This document shows, one piece after another, positions 1 to 8,333 of a stretch of DNA of 64,000 bases (position 1 is its first letter; each line of letters begins with the position of its first letter). The stretch comes from Myxococcales bacterium (GTDB taxonomy: Bacteria; Myxococcota_A; Polyangia; Polyangiales; DASUME01): positions 9,376,001 to 9,440,000 of the forward strand of contig JASGJH010000001.1 of the NCBI GenBank assembly GCA_047601445.1, in the 5' to 3' direction. The notes below the pieces were generated by a model. That model was not told where the DNA came from, did no database searches, and saw only the letters and a list, made by a program, of their open reading frames with translations. A program made the position numbers and the translations under genes.

Positions 1-1225
1 GGAACTCGAACGTGGACGTGGAAAAGCTGCCCACGATGCTCGGCGAGTCCGGGTTCGCGATGTTGATCACGTCCATGCCGGGAGTGTCCTGGGACCAACG
101 CGAGGCACACAGCGTGTTGCCCGTGACAGCAGCGCCGGTGTTGTCGAGCTCGAGACTTCCACGCGCGCTCGCGGAGGCCGGGTTGGACACGTCGATCAAG
201 CGCAGCACGTCCGTCGTGTTCACGCGGCCCCGTGCGAACGCGATGTTGCCCGCCACGTACTGGAGCGACGCGCCGTCGCCGTCGTCGAAGGAACCCAGGA
301 ACACCGGTTGCGACGGATTGGTCAAATCGTAGATGCGCAGCCCGTCTTGTGCGCTGAAGTAGAGGCGATTTCCCACCAGCTGCAGCCCCGTGCCATAGGC
401 TTCATCCAGTGTGGCCAGCACGTGGTAGCCAGGCTGCGACGCATCGATCACTTGCATGCCGCTCGCGCCCAGGCTCATCACGGCGATGGATGCGTTGCCG
501 GTGAAGTCCACGCCCGAGTTCTTGGAACCCTCGATCTTGGCGATCTCACTCGGCTGGCTCGGATTGCTGGCGTCGAGCACGGACAGGTCGCCCGTGCTGG
601 AGAGCGCGAACACATGGGGCCAGCTGACCTCCACGTCTCGAGAGGTCGATGGGAAGCTGCCGACCACGTTGGGGTGCAGCGGGTCCTCGAGCCCCGCGAT
701 CTTCACGCCCTCCTTCTCGTCCGCGATCACCAGGTGCTCGCCCCCGAGCTCCACGTCGACCGGCGAGCCGCCGAGGAGAATCGGCGCGACCGCAAGGGCG
801 TCGCCGAGCGTATCCGCGCGCTTGCCGTCGTAGCCTTGCACGCTCACCGTTACCGTGTCCGGCTGCGAAGAGAGCGTGCCGTCGTCGACCACCAGCTCGA
901 AGGTCATCTGCTGCGTGAGTCCAGGCGCGGTGAAGGTCGGACGAGCGGCCTTGCCATCGAACGCCACCGGGCTCCCCGAGCGTTGCCGCCAGGTGTAGTG
1001 GATCGCATCTCCGTCCGGATCCGACGAGCTCGAACCGTCCAAGGTCACCAGCATGCCCGCCGTGACCGACAGATCGGCGCCTGCGTTCGCCACCGGTGGC
1101 TCGCCGCCCCCCATCCCGCCGTCGCCAAGACCGCCGTCCCCGAGCGAGTGGCCATGATCATGGCCCCCGTCGTCACAGCCGAACGCCAACAAACCGCACA
1201 CCGACCAGGCAAGGATCTTGCGCAT
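1..1225 (-). CDS. Lipoprotein with PKD/REJ-like Ig domain and LVIVD-type repeats (3' end runs off the window)
   Basis: Not in the ORF track. Manual minus-strand translation from ATG 1225: MRKILAWSVCGLLAFGC (lipobox)...PPVANAGADLSVTAGMLVTLDGSSSSDPDGDAIHYTW (PKD-like), later repeats such as GMDVINIANPDSPSIVGSF. In-frame alternative ATGs at 1252 and 1267. Confidence 0.8.
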   Translation of the reverse strand, partial: MRKILAWSVCGLLAFGCDDGGHDHGHSLGDGGLGDGGMGGGEPPVANAGADLSVTAGMLVTLDGSSSSDPDGDAIHYTWRQRSGSPVAFDGKAARPTFTAPGLTQQMTFELVVDDGTLSSQPDTVTVSVQGYDGKRADTLGDALAVAPILLGGSPVDVELGGEHLVIADEKEGVKIAGLEDPLHPNVVGSFPSTSRDVEVSWPHVFALSSTGDLSVLDASNPSQPSEIAKIEGSKNSGVDFTGNASIAVMSLGASGMQVIDASQPGYHVLATLDEAYGTGLQLVGNRLYFSAQDGLRIYDLTNPSQPVFLGSFDDGDGASLQYVAGNIAFARGRVNTTDVLRLIDVSNPASASARGSLELDNTGAAVTGNTLCASRWSQDTPGMDVINIANPDSPSIVGSFSTSTFEF

Positions 1226-1495
1226 CCAACGCTCCACGCGAGCCGCGTCCATGGCGTGCGCAACCATGCGCCGCCCGTCCCCTCTTACGAGTCACGACGT
1301 TATCAGATTCAGACCAAACTCCAGCGCGCCGTTCTCTCCGCGCACGCGCTTTGTGCGCTGGATCTCCAGTGGCGTTCGCTGTCGTTCGGACCTCGACCGA
1401 GAACGGCGCAGCAAGGAGCCCGCGGTACGCATGGTAGGCTTGAGTCACACGTCCTGCTGCAGGCCGTGCGGCTCGCAGGAGGGGAGGGGCGCCGC

Positions 1496-1930
1496 ATGCT
1501 CAAGCACTTCGACCACATTACGCTCGTCGTCCGCGACGTCGACGCCGCCAAACGGTTCTTCGGTCTGCTTGGCTTCGAGCAGGACAAATCCGTGGTGATC
1601 GCGGGCCCACGCTTCTCCGAATACATGGGCGTGGCAGGCATCCAGGCCGAGCACGTGACTCTCGCGCTTGCGGGCGCCTCGCCGCGCACCGAAGTGCAGC
1701 TCTTGAAATACCACCAACCGGACGCGCGCCCTGATCCCGAGGCGGGCAATCTCACCCGACTCGGCTTCAATCACGTCTGCTTTGCCGTGGACGACTTAGA
1801 CGCCGAGCTCGCGAAGCTCAGGGAGAAGGGCATCGAGCCGCGCAACGAAGTGCTCTATTTCCACGACCGCAAGCTGGTCTTCCTCTTGGGGCCCGAAGGA
1901 GTCACGGTGGAGTTGGCTCAGTGGAGCTGA
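1496..1930 (+). CDS. VOC/glyoxalase family protein
   Basis: MLKHFDHITLVVRDVDAAKRFF...GFNHVCFAVDDLD...GPEGVTVELAQW; purine-rich RBS before ATG 1496. The upstream part of ORF 308..1930 is shadow sequence. Confidence 0.9.
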   Translation: MLKHFDHITLVVRDVDAAKRFFGLLGFEQDKSVVIAGPRFSEYMGVAGIQAEHVTLALAGASPRTEVQLLKYHQPDARPDPEAGNLTRLGFNHVCFAVDDLDAELAKLREKGIEPRNEVLYFHDRKLVFLLGPEGVTVELAQWS

Positions 1931-2008
1931 ACGCTTGCTGGACTAGGGGCTGTTCCTAATTCTCGGCGCTAATTTGTGCTGAAATCCGGATCGTGATCAA
2001 AGGTTGCT

Positions 2009-2760
2009 GTGCACCGCCACGCTCTGACCGACCAGCAATGGGAGCGCCTCCAGGGACAGCTTCCGAAGCGCCGCCCCGGACCAGCCTCCAAGCTCGGAGA
2101 CTGGTTGTTCATCGACGCCGTGCTCTACCGGGCAAAGACGGGTTGTCCGTGGCGTGATTTGCCCGAACGGTTCGGCCCCTGGAACTCGGTGTACAACCGA
2201 TTCTACAACTGGGCCGAGCGGGGGGCCTGGGAGAAGATTTTCAAGGCGCTGCAGCTGGACGTGGATGAAACGGGCTCGATCATTGATGCCTCTGTCGTTC
2301 GGGCGCACCAAGACGCTTCGGGCGGAAAAGGGGGATCCAATCCAATGCTTTGGGCCGCTCTCGAGGAGGTTTTTCAACGAAGATCCACGCCATTGTCGAT
2401 GCTAAGGCACGCCCACTGCACGTCGCGTTGACTCCTGGACAACAGCACGGCTCGACGATGGCGGAAGAGCTTCTGCCGCACGCTCGGGGGCGGGCGTTCA
2501 TTGCCGACACAGCTTACGACGCAGACCGCATTATCGAGGCAGTCCGCGCGCAGGGGATGAAACTCGTCATCTGCAACAACTCCACTCGCAAGTACAACCG
2601 ACGCCGGCTCGACCGAACCCTGTACCGCGAGCGCTACTTGGTGGAGGTTTTCTTCCACAATCTGAAGAGGTTCCGGGTTATCGCAACCCGGTACGAGAAG
2701 ACTGCGCAGAGCTACCTGGCTCTGCTGCAACTTGCGTGCGTCTGTCTCTGGCTTTCGTGA
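2009..2760 (+). CDS. IS5-family transposase, two ORFs joined by a probable -1 programmed frameshift
   Basis: OrfA 2009..2431 (LTDQQWERL, GCPWRDLPERFGPWNSVYNRF, IIDAS) and OrfB 2350..2760 (GRSRGGFSTKIH, ADTAYD, RYLVEVFF, IATRYEK). AAAAGGGGG slippery tract at 2326-2334; OrfB is in the -1 frame. Confidence 0.9.
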
Positions 2761-2790
2761 CTGCGCCCCGCGCGTCAGCGTCAGCGTCTA

Positions 2791-2835
2791 CGTGTTCGTC
2801 GTCGTCCTCGTGAGACGTAGTCGTGCGCGTGCGCG
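2791..2835. repeat. Left arm of 45-bp inverted repeat enclosing the four-helix-bundle gene
   Basis: CGTGTTCGTCGTCGTCCTCGTGAGACGTAGTCGTGCGCGTGCGCG; its reverse complement matches 3217-3261 at 44/45 positions. Confidence 0.95.
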
Positions 2836-2876
2836 AAACGGCGCAACCAATCCGTTCATCGGCCGATATCGAAGAC

Positions 2877-3215
2877 ATGCTGGACTATGAGCGGCTCGAC
2901 GTTTACCAATGTGCCCTGCAGTTCGCGGCACTCTCCTTTCAGATTCTCGAGAAAATGCCTCGCGGTCATGGAGAACTTTCTGACCAGCTCAGACGCGCGA
3001 CGATTTCCATCCCTCTCAACATCGCAGAGGGCGCCGGCAAGACCACCGAGAGAGAACGCGCTCGCTACCACGCCATTGCGCGAGGTTCTGCCATGGAATG
3101 CGCTGCAATCGTTGACCTCCTCCGCCTTCAGGCTCTGGTCGACCTAGAAACGGCAACCGTAGCGAAAGCACTCTGTGTGCGCATCGTCTCCATGCTGAGC
3201 CGCATGTGCCGGTGA
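2877..3215 (+). CDS. Four-helix-bundle protein (23S rRNA intervening-sequence protein / Avd-like family)
   Basis: 112 aa: MLDYERLDVYQ...LSDQLRRATISIPLNIAEGAGK...IARGSAMEC, carrying the family hallmarks DQxRRA..SI..NIAEG and ARGS..E. Confidence 0.9.
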   Translation: MLDYERLDVYQCALQFAALSFQILEKMPRGHGELSDQLRRATISIPLNIAEGAGKTTERERARYHAIARGSAMECAAIVDLLRLQALVDLETATVAKALCVRIVSMLSRMCR

Positions 3216-3216
3216 C

Positions 3217-3261
3217 CGCGCACGCGCACGACTACGTCTCACGAGGACGAGGACGAACACG
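3217..3261. repeat. Right arm of 45-bp inverted repeat
   Basis: CGCGCACGCGCACGACTACGTCTCACGAGGACGAGGACGAACACG; starts 1 nt after the TGA of the enclosed gene; single mismatch at 3251. Confidence 0.95.
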
Positions 3262-3339
3262 ATGACGAGTAGGAGTACGCTACACGCTCGTCGCCCCCCT
3301 CTCGCGCGCTGAACTCCCGAAAACAATTCGGAACAGCCC

Positions 3340-4257
3340 CTAGGGCACGGTCAGCACCGGGACCGGGCTGTGACGCACGATGCTGTGGGACACGCTACCC
3401 AACATGGCTCGCTCGACACCGCCTTTGCCGGTGGCTCCCACGCAAATCAGCTCTGCGTGGACGTCTTGAGCCCGCGCCAGCACGGCCTGCTTCGGATCCC
3501 CTTCCAATGCGTGGCAGCGCGTCCTCTCGAGCAGGTCGCTGGGGACCACACGACGCAACTCTGCCTCCAGAAACCTCATGTAGCGCGCGGCCAGTTCGGG
3601 GCTCGGCCACGGATCCGCAAAATTGGGCTGCAACTCCCCCCAGTACACACCCGGATGCACATGGATGAGCTCGATGCGTCCGCCGGTGCTGCGCACGACG
3701 TGCGCGGCGAACTCGAGCGCGAGGCGCGCCGGCTCGGAGAAGTCGTAGGCCACGGCGACCCGTTGATAGGTACGCTTTAGCCGCACTTCGATCTGCTGGT
3801 TCGCGACGCCCTCGGGCTGCCTCACCGTCATCACGGGCACCTCGGCCGTGCGCAGCACGCGCTCCGCCACGCTGCCGACGAACGTGCGGCCCAGCGCATT
3901 GCGACCGTGGGTGCCCATCACGACGAGGCTGATATCGGGTGTGCGCGTTCGCATCGCGATCACGCGCGCGGGGCTGCCTTCGACGAGCCGCGTGGTCGCC
4001 ACCGCACCGTGCCGCTCGGCCAGTCGCCGTTGTTGCTCCAGCAGCTCGCCGGCCCGCCGGAAAAACGAATCCAGCGCCTCCACCGTCATACCCATTCCCA
4101 TACCCATCGCGGGCTCCGGGAGGAGGGGAACCTGGAGCACGTGGATCAACTCGAGAGGCTGCTGAAATAGCTTCGCCAACTCACATGCGTGCAGCAGCGC
4201 GAGCTCCGAGCAGGACGAAAAGTCCTGGGGACACAGGATGCTTGCTTGCTTGGCCAT
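3340..4257 (-). CDS. Universal stress protein, tandem USP domains
   Basis: ILCPQDFSSCS...LVVMGTHGRN...GSVAERVLRTAEVPVMTV, then VAVAYDFSEPA...GATGKGG...GSVSHSIVRHSPVPVLTVP. Confidence 0.92.
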   Translation of the reverse strand: MAKQASILCPQDFSSCSELALLHACELAKLFQQPLELIHVLQVPLLPEPAMGMGMGMTVEALDSFFRRAGELLEQQRRLAERHGAVATTRLVEGSPARVIAMRTRTPDISLVVMGTHGRNALGRTFVGSVAERVLRTAEVPVMTVRQPEGVANQQIEVRLKRTYQRVAVAYDFSEPARLALEFAAHVVRSTGGRIELIHVHPGVYWGELQPNFADPWPSPELAARYMRFLEAELRRVVPSDLLERTRCHALEGDPKQAVLARAQDVHAELICVGATGKGGVERAMLGSVSHSIVRHSPVPVLTVP

Positions 4258-4273
4258 CGCGTTCTCCTCGCGC

Positions 4274-4660
4274 TCAATCCACACCGAACGGCCAGGCTGA
4301 CCACCGCGAGAACAACATCATCCCGATGATCAGCAGATTGATCGGCACCCCCAGGCGCGCCTCTGGCCAAAACGTCAGCGACAACAGCAGCGACAGGGGC
4401 GCCGTGTAGAACGTCAGGGCTTGCCACCAACCCGAGCGCACCGCAGCCCCGCCTGCAGCCACCACGAAGGCTACCGCGCACAAGAGCCAGAGCACTCCGA
4501 AGATCTTGCTCGTTCCCTCGCCAATACTCACGCGTCCCGAGAGGACCGAGCTCTGCTGCACGATCTGCGGTACCCACCGAAACGCGCCCACGAAGCCGAC
4601 CAAGTGAGCGACTCCATGGAGCAATAGAAGCACGGGTATCAGAAAGTACACGGCGTCCAC
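4274..4660 (-). CDS. Small multi-pass membrane protein
   Basis: 128 aa, about 4 hydrophobic segments, LHGVAHLVGF; directly upstream of the USP gene on the same strand. Confidence 0.7.
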   Translation of the reverse strand: MDAVYFLIPVLLLLHGVAHLVGFVGAFRWVPQIVQQSSVLSGRVSIGEGTSKIFGVLWLLCAVAFVVAAGGAAVRSGWWQALTFYTAPLSLLLSLTFWPEARLGVPINLLIIGMMLFSRWSAWPFGVD

Positions 4661-4702
4661 CTTTCCGCCGAGTCACCCGGATGCGACTCTGCGACCTCAT
4701 GG

Positions 4703-4718
4703 AGCAAGCTCCGGACCA
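4703..4718 (-). promoter_or_regulatory. Putative sigma-54 (-24/-12) promoter of the membrane protein-USP operon
   Basis: Minus strand TGGTCCGGAGCTTGCT = GG-N10-GC, about 40 nt upstream of start 4660. Confidence 0.6.
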
Positions 4719-4769
4719 GCTTCGGGCTCCTTCTTTGAACCCATTCGAGGCTGGTTACTGGGGGCGGTG

Positions 4770-4813
4770 GCGCAGGAATTGCGCGAGGAGCGCGTGCTGT
4801 GCAAAGGATGCGC
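4770..4813. promoter_or_regulatory. Paired GCGCA-N5-TGCGC activator-binding boxes
   Basis: GCGCAGGAATTGCGC (4770-4784) and GTGCAAAGGATGCGC (4799-4813); the same layout recurs at 27276-27320. Confidence 0.6.
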
Positions 4814-4817
4814 TGAG

Positions 4818-5270
4818 TCAGTGAGTCCCTGCGCTCCGCAGTGCAATGGCGTCGTTCGCCGTGTCGGGACGAGCCGAATCCCACAAGCGCCAGGCGAAGG
4901 GAAGGGGCCCCAGCAACAGCGCCAAATTGGGCGCCCACCAGCCCAGGTCGAAGTCTCCGCGCAACGCCCAGAACGCGATGGCATTCATGCCGGAGGCCGA
5001 CGTCGCCGCCAGGGAGAGCATGGCCAGGAGGACCCAGCGGGCATCGCCACGCCGCGCGGCGGCGACCGCGCTCAGTCCAGTCGCAGAAACGAAGAGGTCC
5101 AGCGGAAGAAAGGACCAATTCCAGGCCACCATCACCGGGTCGTCGTGATGCGCGTAGAGCCATTCTGCAGGCAGTACGTGCGTGAGGGTGATGACCCAGT
5201 ACACGATGAACCCGAGATCGACGCCCAACATGAAGAACCGGAGGGGGCGGCTCAAAGGAACGAAGCGCAT
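4818..5270 (-). CDS. YvaD/DUF5360-like membrane protein
   Basis: DLGFIVYW...DPVMVAWNWSFLPLDLFVSATGL...SGMNAIAFW...WWAPNLALL motif pattern. Confidence 0.75.
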   Translation of the reverse strand: MRFVPLSRPLRFFMLGVDLGFIVYWVITLTHVLPAEWLYAHHDDPVMVAWNWSFLPLDLFVSATGLSAVAAARRGDARWVLLAMLSLAATSASGMNAIAFWALRGDFDLGWWAPNLALLLGPLPFAWRLWDSARPDTANDAIALRSAGTH

Positions 5271-5523
5271 GCGCCCAAGTTAGCACTGGTTCCTGCCGGG
5301 GCGCTTCGAGGGCACCGGGCCGTGAAAGCGCTTAGCCCCTGGCGAGGCTCGAAAGCGTGCCGACTTCATGGTGGTCACATCGTCGTGGCAGCGAGGAGCG
5401 AACGTCGAAGCACGGGAGCTCACAGGCAACGTCGCGGGAGGAAAGCACGTGGCAGTTCTACGTCCCAAGCTGGTTCAGTCGGCGTTCCCGGTACCCCAAA
5501 GCAAGAGAGCTAGGCCTCGAGCG

Positions 5524-5799
5524 TTGCGCCGCTCTCTGATTCTGCTGGCGCAGGTCGTTGTTGCCGCGGGTTGTGGTGCGCAGAGTCCAGGGCCGGGGAA
5601 TGTGCGCACGGTGACGCCCGGCACCCCCGAAACGATGGTCGGAACCTGCTCGCCTTGCTCGGAATCTTGCGTGAACAAGTACCGTAAGCAGTGCACCGAG
5701 GACAAGGTGCACTCCGAAAAGGCGAAGAGCGGCGGCTGCCTGGCCTATTGCGTCGGCCAGCCCCCGGCGAAGGAGCCGGCCGATTGGATGCCACGGTAA
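5524..5799 (+). CDS. Small Cys-rich putative lipoprotein
   Basis: TTG start; LRRSLILLAQVVVAAGC lipobox followed by six Cys (CSPCSESC...C...CLAYC). Confidence 0.45.
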   Translation: MRRSLILLAQVVVAAGCGAQSPGPGNVRTVTPGTPETMVGTCSPCSESCVNKYRKQCTEDKVHSEKAKSGGCLAYCVGQPPAKEPADWMPR

Positions 5800-5805
5800 C
5801 GAGTG

Positions 5806-7530
5806 CTAGTTGGCCGGCGCACTCGGGTGCGAGAGCTCCAGGTCGGGCTGGTCGTCCATGTTCACGCCACCGAAGAAAATCTGCCAAGCCGGTCTATCTG
5901 CAAGTTGCACGAGGAGATCGGCAAAGCCATCTCCATTGACGTCACCTGTGACCTCGATCCCCCTGAGGTTCTCCATGGCAAGCGGCGATCCAGCGCCAAG
6001 CTCGTGCCCTCCCGGGTAGACGACCACTTGGTCCATCGAGCCAAGGACGACATCCTCCAGGCCGTCGCCATTGAGGTCGCCGTGGGCCGCGCGATGAAAA
6101 TAGCGCTCTGTGCTCACGGCGGGAAGTGACAGGGATACGTGTGGAACCAGACCGTGCTCGCGATGCAGATAGACATCGACTGCGTTCGCACGCTCGATCA
6201 GCAGATCAGGCCACGAATCGCCGTCGATGTCTCCGGCCCCCACCATGGAGACGGGCTCCGGCGATCGAAGCTTCGCGTGGGCGCCGCTGTTCTCATGGCC
6301 GAGGGGCCTGCCCGCACTTGCGACAACAAGGAGCGAGTAGTTGCCGCCATCGCGGACCGCTGCGGCGATGTCTTCGAAGCCATCCCCATCGATGTCGCGA
6401 ACGGTGGCCAGCTCGACACTCTGCTGCACACCCGATACTGGAGCAGGGGCAATGCCACTCAAATAGTCCGGCCATGACTCTTCCTGAGGTGGCATTCCGA
6501 CCCAGACTCTTCCGACGAAATACCCAATCTCGCAGGCAATGAGGTCACTCATGCCATTCGCGTCGAGGTCCGCTGCTCCGCACACGTTGAGGTACGTGTA
6601 TTTGAGTCTCCAATCTCGCTTCCAGAGGAGCTCCACTTCTTTGGCCGTGCCGCCTTGGTAGGCATAGAGCTGGGTCGGGTTGTCGGATGAGACCGCCAGC
6701 CTTCGCAGCGCCCAATCCGAGAAACCGTCGCCATTGGCATCGCCGATCGATGTCGCCAGCGTGAAGTAGCTATCCGAGTACGGGGGTGCGATCGCTTGAT
6801 CGGCCTCCGCGTCGAGCTCCTTCCCTCCATGGAACAGCGCAACGGGGTATCCGAAATCCCCCAGCAGCACATCGGCATATCCATCGCCGTTGTAGTCACG
6901 CAACTGGCGCCCCACGTCGACGTAGCGTGGCTCGGCCCAAGCATCGCAGCCGAGGTCGTTGCAGGCACGCCAGCGCCAATAGTAGCGAGCGCCTACCGGC
7001 GGCGAGTCGCTGATCGGCAGGTCGGCATCGGGCGTGTACTCGGCGCTGTTGACCGTGACCTGCACGGTAGGGGCAGCGAATGCGCAGTCCTTCGGTGCGC
7101 CTGAGCATTGGCGGTCGAGTTCGAGTTCGTAGTGAGTGGCGCCCTCCACCTCGTACCACAGGAAGGTCGGCCTGCGCGCACGCAGACCCAGCGTGTCGCC
7201 CGTCAACTCGCCGTTCCATGGGCGAATGGATTGCTGTTGCACGATGGCGGGCCATGGAGCTGGAGTCGCCGCCTCCGGGCCGGCATCGTCGACGACGGCT
7301 CCCGCGTCGGTCGCGGCATCGTCTGCAGGACGCACGCGGGCCGCGCCGTCCGGTGCCATGGCATCGAGCGCGCCAGATGTTCCTGCGTCGGACCCACCGG
7401 TCTGCTCGCCCTGGCCGGGGCTACAGCCCAACGCAAGTGCGCAGAGACCTGCATACATCGGCGCCATCGAGCCACGCCGTGGCCGCAGGCCGTCGCAAAG
7501 TCGGGAGAGCAATAGGGTAGCGAGGCGCAT
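5806..7530 (-). CDS. FG-GAP/VCBS-repeat lipoprotein
   Basis: LALGC lipobox; repeated DxNGDGxxD motifs (DYNGDGYAD, DANGDGFSD, DIDGDGFED, DLNGDGLED, DVNGDGFAD). Start 7530 or 7467. Confidence 0.85.
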   Translation of the reverse strand: MRLATLLLSRLCDGLRPRRGSMAPMYAGLCALALGCSPGQGEQTGGSDAGTSGALDAMAPDGAARVRPADDAATDAGAVVDDAGPEAATPAPWPAIVQQQSIRPWNGELTGDTLGLRARRPTFLWYEVEGATHYELELDRQCSGAPKDCAFAAPTVQVTVNSAEYTPDADLPISDSPPVGARYYWRWRACNDLGCDAWAEPRYVDVGRQLRDYNGDGYADVLLGDFGYPVALFHGGKELDAEADQAIAPPYSDSYFTLATSIGDANGDGFSDWALRRLAVSSDNPTQLYAYQGGTAKEVELLWKRDWRLKYTYLNVCGAADLDANGMSDLIACEIGYFVGRVWVGMPPQEESWPDYLSGIAPAPVSGVQQSVELATVRDIDGDGFEDIAAAVRDGGNYSLLVVASAGRPLGHENSGAHAKLRSPEPVSMVGAGDIDGDSWPDLLIERANAVDVYLHREHGLVPHVSLSLPAVSTERYFHRAAHGDLNGDGLEDVVLGSMDQVVVYPGGHELGAGSPLAMENLRGIEVTGDVNGDGFADLLVQLADRPAWQIFFGGVNMDDQPDLELSHPSAPAN

Positions 7531-7820
7531 CGGGAAGTCTCCGAAAAGCAGTCGCATTTCGCGAGTGCTGGCGGCAACGGCAGGTCCCGGTACCGCTATT
7601 CCGGCCCGGGCCCCGCGGAAGCGCGTTTCACCCCCCTTGGGGGCGCCTTCCTGGGGGCAGACGCCCGAGAGCACGAAGCTGTAGGGAGATGGACCGCCCA
7701 GTGCTCGTCCGCGTGCATCGAGAGGGAGGTGGCGCCGAGGGGCTAACCCATGGGCACCATCGGGCCCGAGAAAACGGGCTAAGTTGTGATTGTTCAAACG
7801 GTCTTGGCTGAGCTCGTGGC

Positions 7821-8258
7821 ATGCTTGGGCGGATGCTGAGCAACCCCCCAACGACCCGCGCCTCCCTCTTCAAGCCGCTGCCTCAGTTCAAGAGCACTTG
7901 GCCGGCCGGCGGTTGGAGCTGGGACCGTCGGTTCGCGTGCCTTGCCTCGACCATCTCGCAAGGCAGCTCCGCCGAGGGCTGGCGTATTGCGCAGACCCTG
8001 TTTCCCCACGTCTGGGATAGCCGGACGGTGGCCACGGCCCCGGCCAGCGTGACCAAGGTCTCCGTGGAAACCGGCGGCGTGCGCGCGGGACAGTTTCTGT
8101 TTTCCACCGCTGCCGTGGACGACCTGCTGCTCTACGGACTTTGGTGGCCCTGGGGCGAAGAGGGCAGCAACATCTCGATGCGCATCGGCCTGACCGGCAG
8201 TCCCACGCGCGATGAGCTCATCAAGCTGCGCAGCGCGTTCAACGTGCACGACGAGTAG
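7821..8258 (+). CDS. Hypothetical protein
   Basis: 145 aa, protein-like composition, Trp-rich (WPAGGWSWD, YGLWWPWG); no overlapping real gene. Confidence 0.65.
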   Translation: MLGRMLSNPPTTRASLFKPLPQFKSTWPAGGWSWDRRFACLASTISQGSSAEGWRIAQTLFPHVWDSRTVATAPASVTKVSVETGGVRAGQFLFSTAAVDDLLLYGLWWPWGEEGSNISMRIGLTGSPTRDELIKLRSAFNVHDE

Positions 8259-8333
8259 CCCCGCGATGGCCGCGACGAGGACCTGCAATCCTTCGTCGTG
8301 GGGCCAAGCGATTCGGGCTACCTTCCCCGCACC

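Larger units (their letters stand above)
1946..3340 (+). mobile_element. IS5-family (IS427-like) insertion sequence carrying a passenger gene
   Basis: Left end GGGGCTGTTCCTAATT from 1946; right end AATTCGGAACAGCCCC ending 3340 (15/16 inverted match). Flanked by TA at 1944-45 and 3341-42, with CTAG context at both ends. Contains a split transposase and a four-helix-bundle gene. Confidence 0.9.

Noticed and set aside
308..1495. Long N-terminal part of the 540-aa plus-strand ORF
   Set aside because: Antisense shadow of the minus-strand PKD/LVIVD lipoprotein; only 1496-1930 has recognisable motifs and an RBS.
2877..3215. Diversity-generating retroelement (Avd-like gene)
   Set aside because: No reverse transcriptase and no template/variable repeat pair with adenine-specific mismatches seen in the window.
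2761..3320. 23S rRNA fragment or CRISPR array
   Set aside because: The flanks are IS sequence, not rRNA; the repeats are inverted and hexameric, with no repeat-spacer pattern and no cas genes.
4768..4783. Plus-strand sigma-54 promoter TGGCGCAGGAATTGCG
   Set aside because: Correct spacing, but it points antisense into a gene end; better explained as the GCGCA-N5-TGCGC box.
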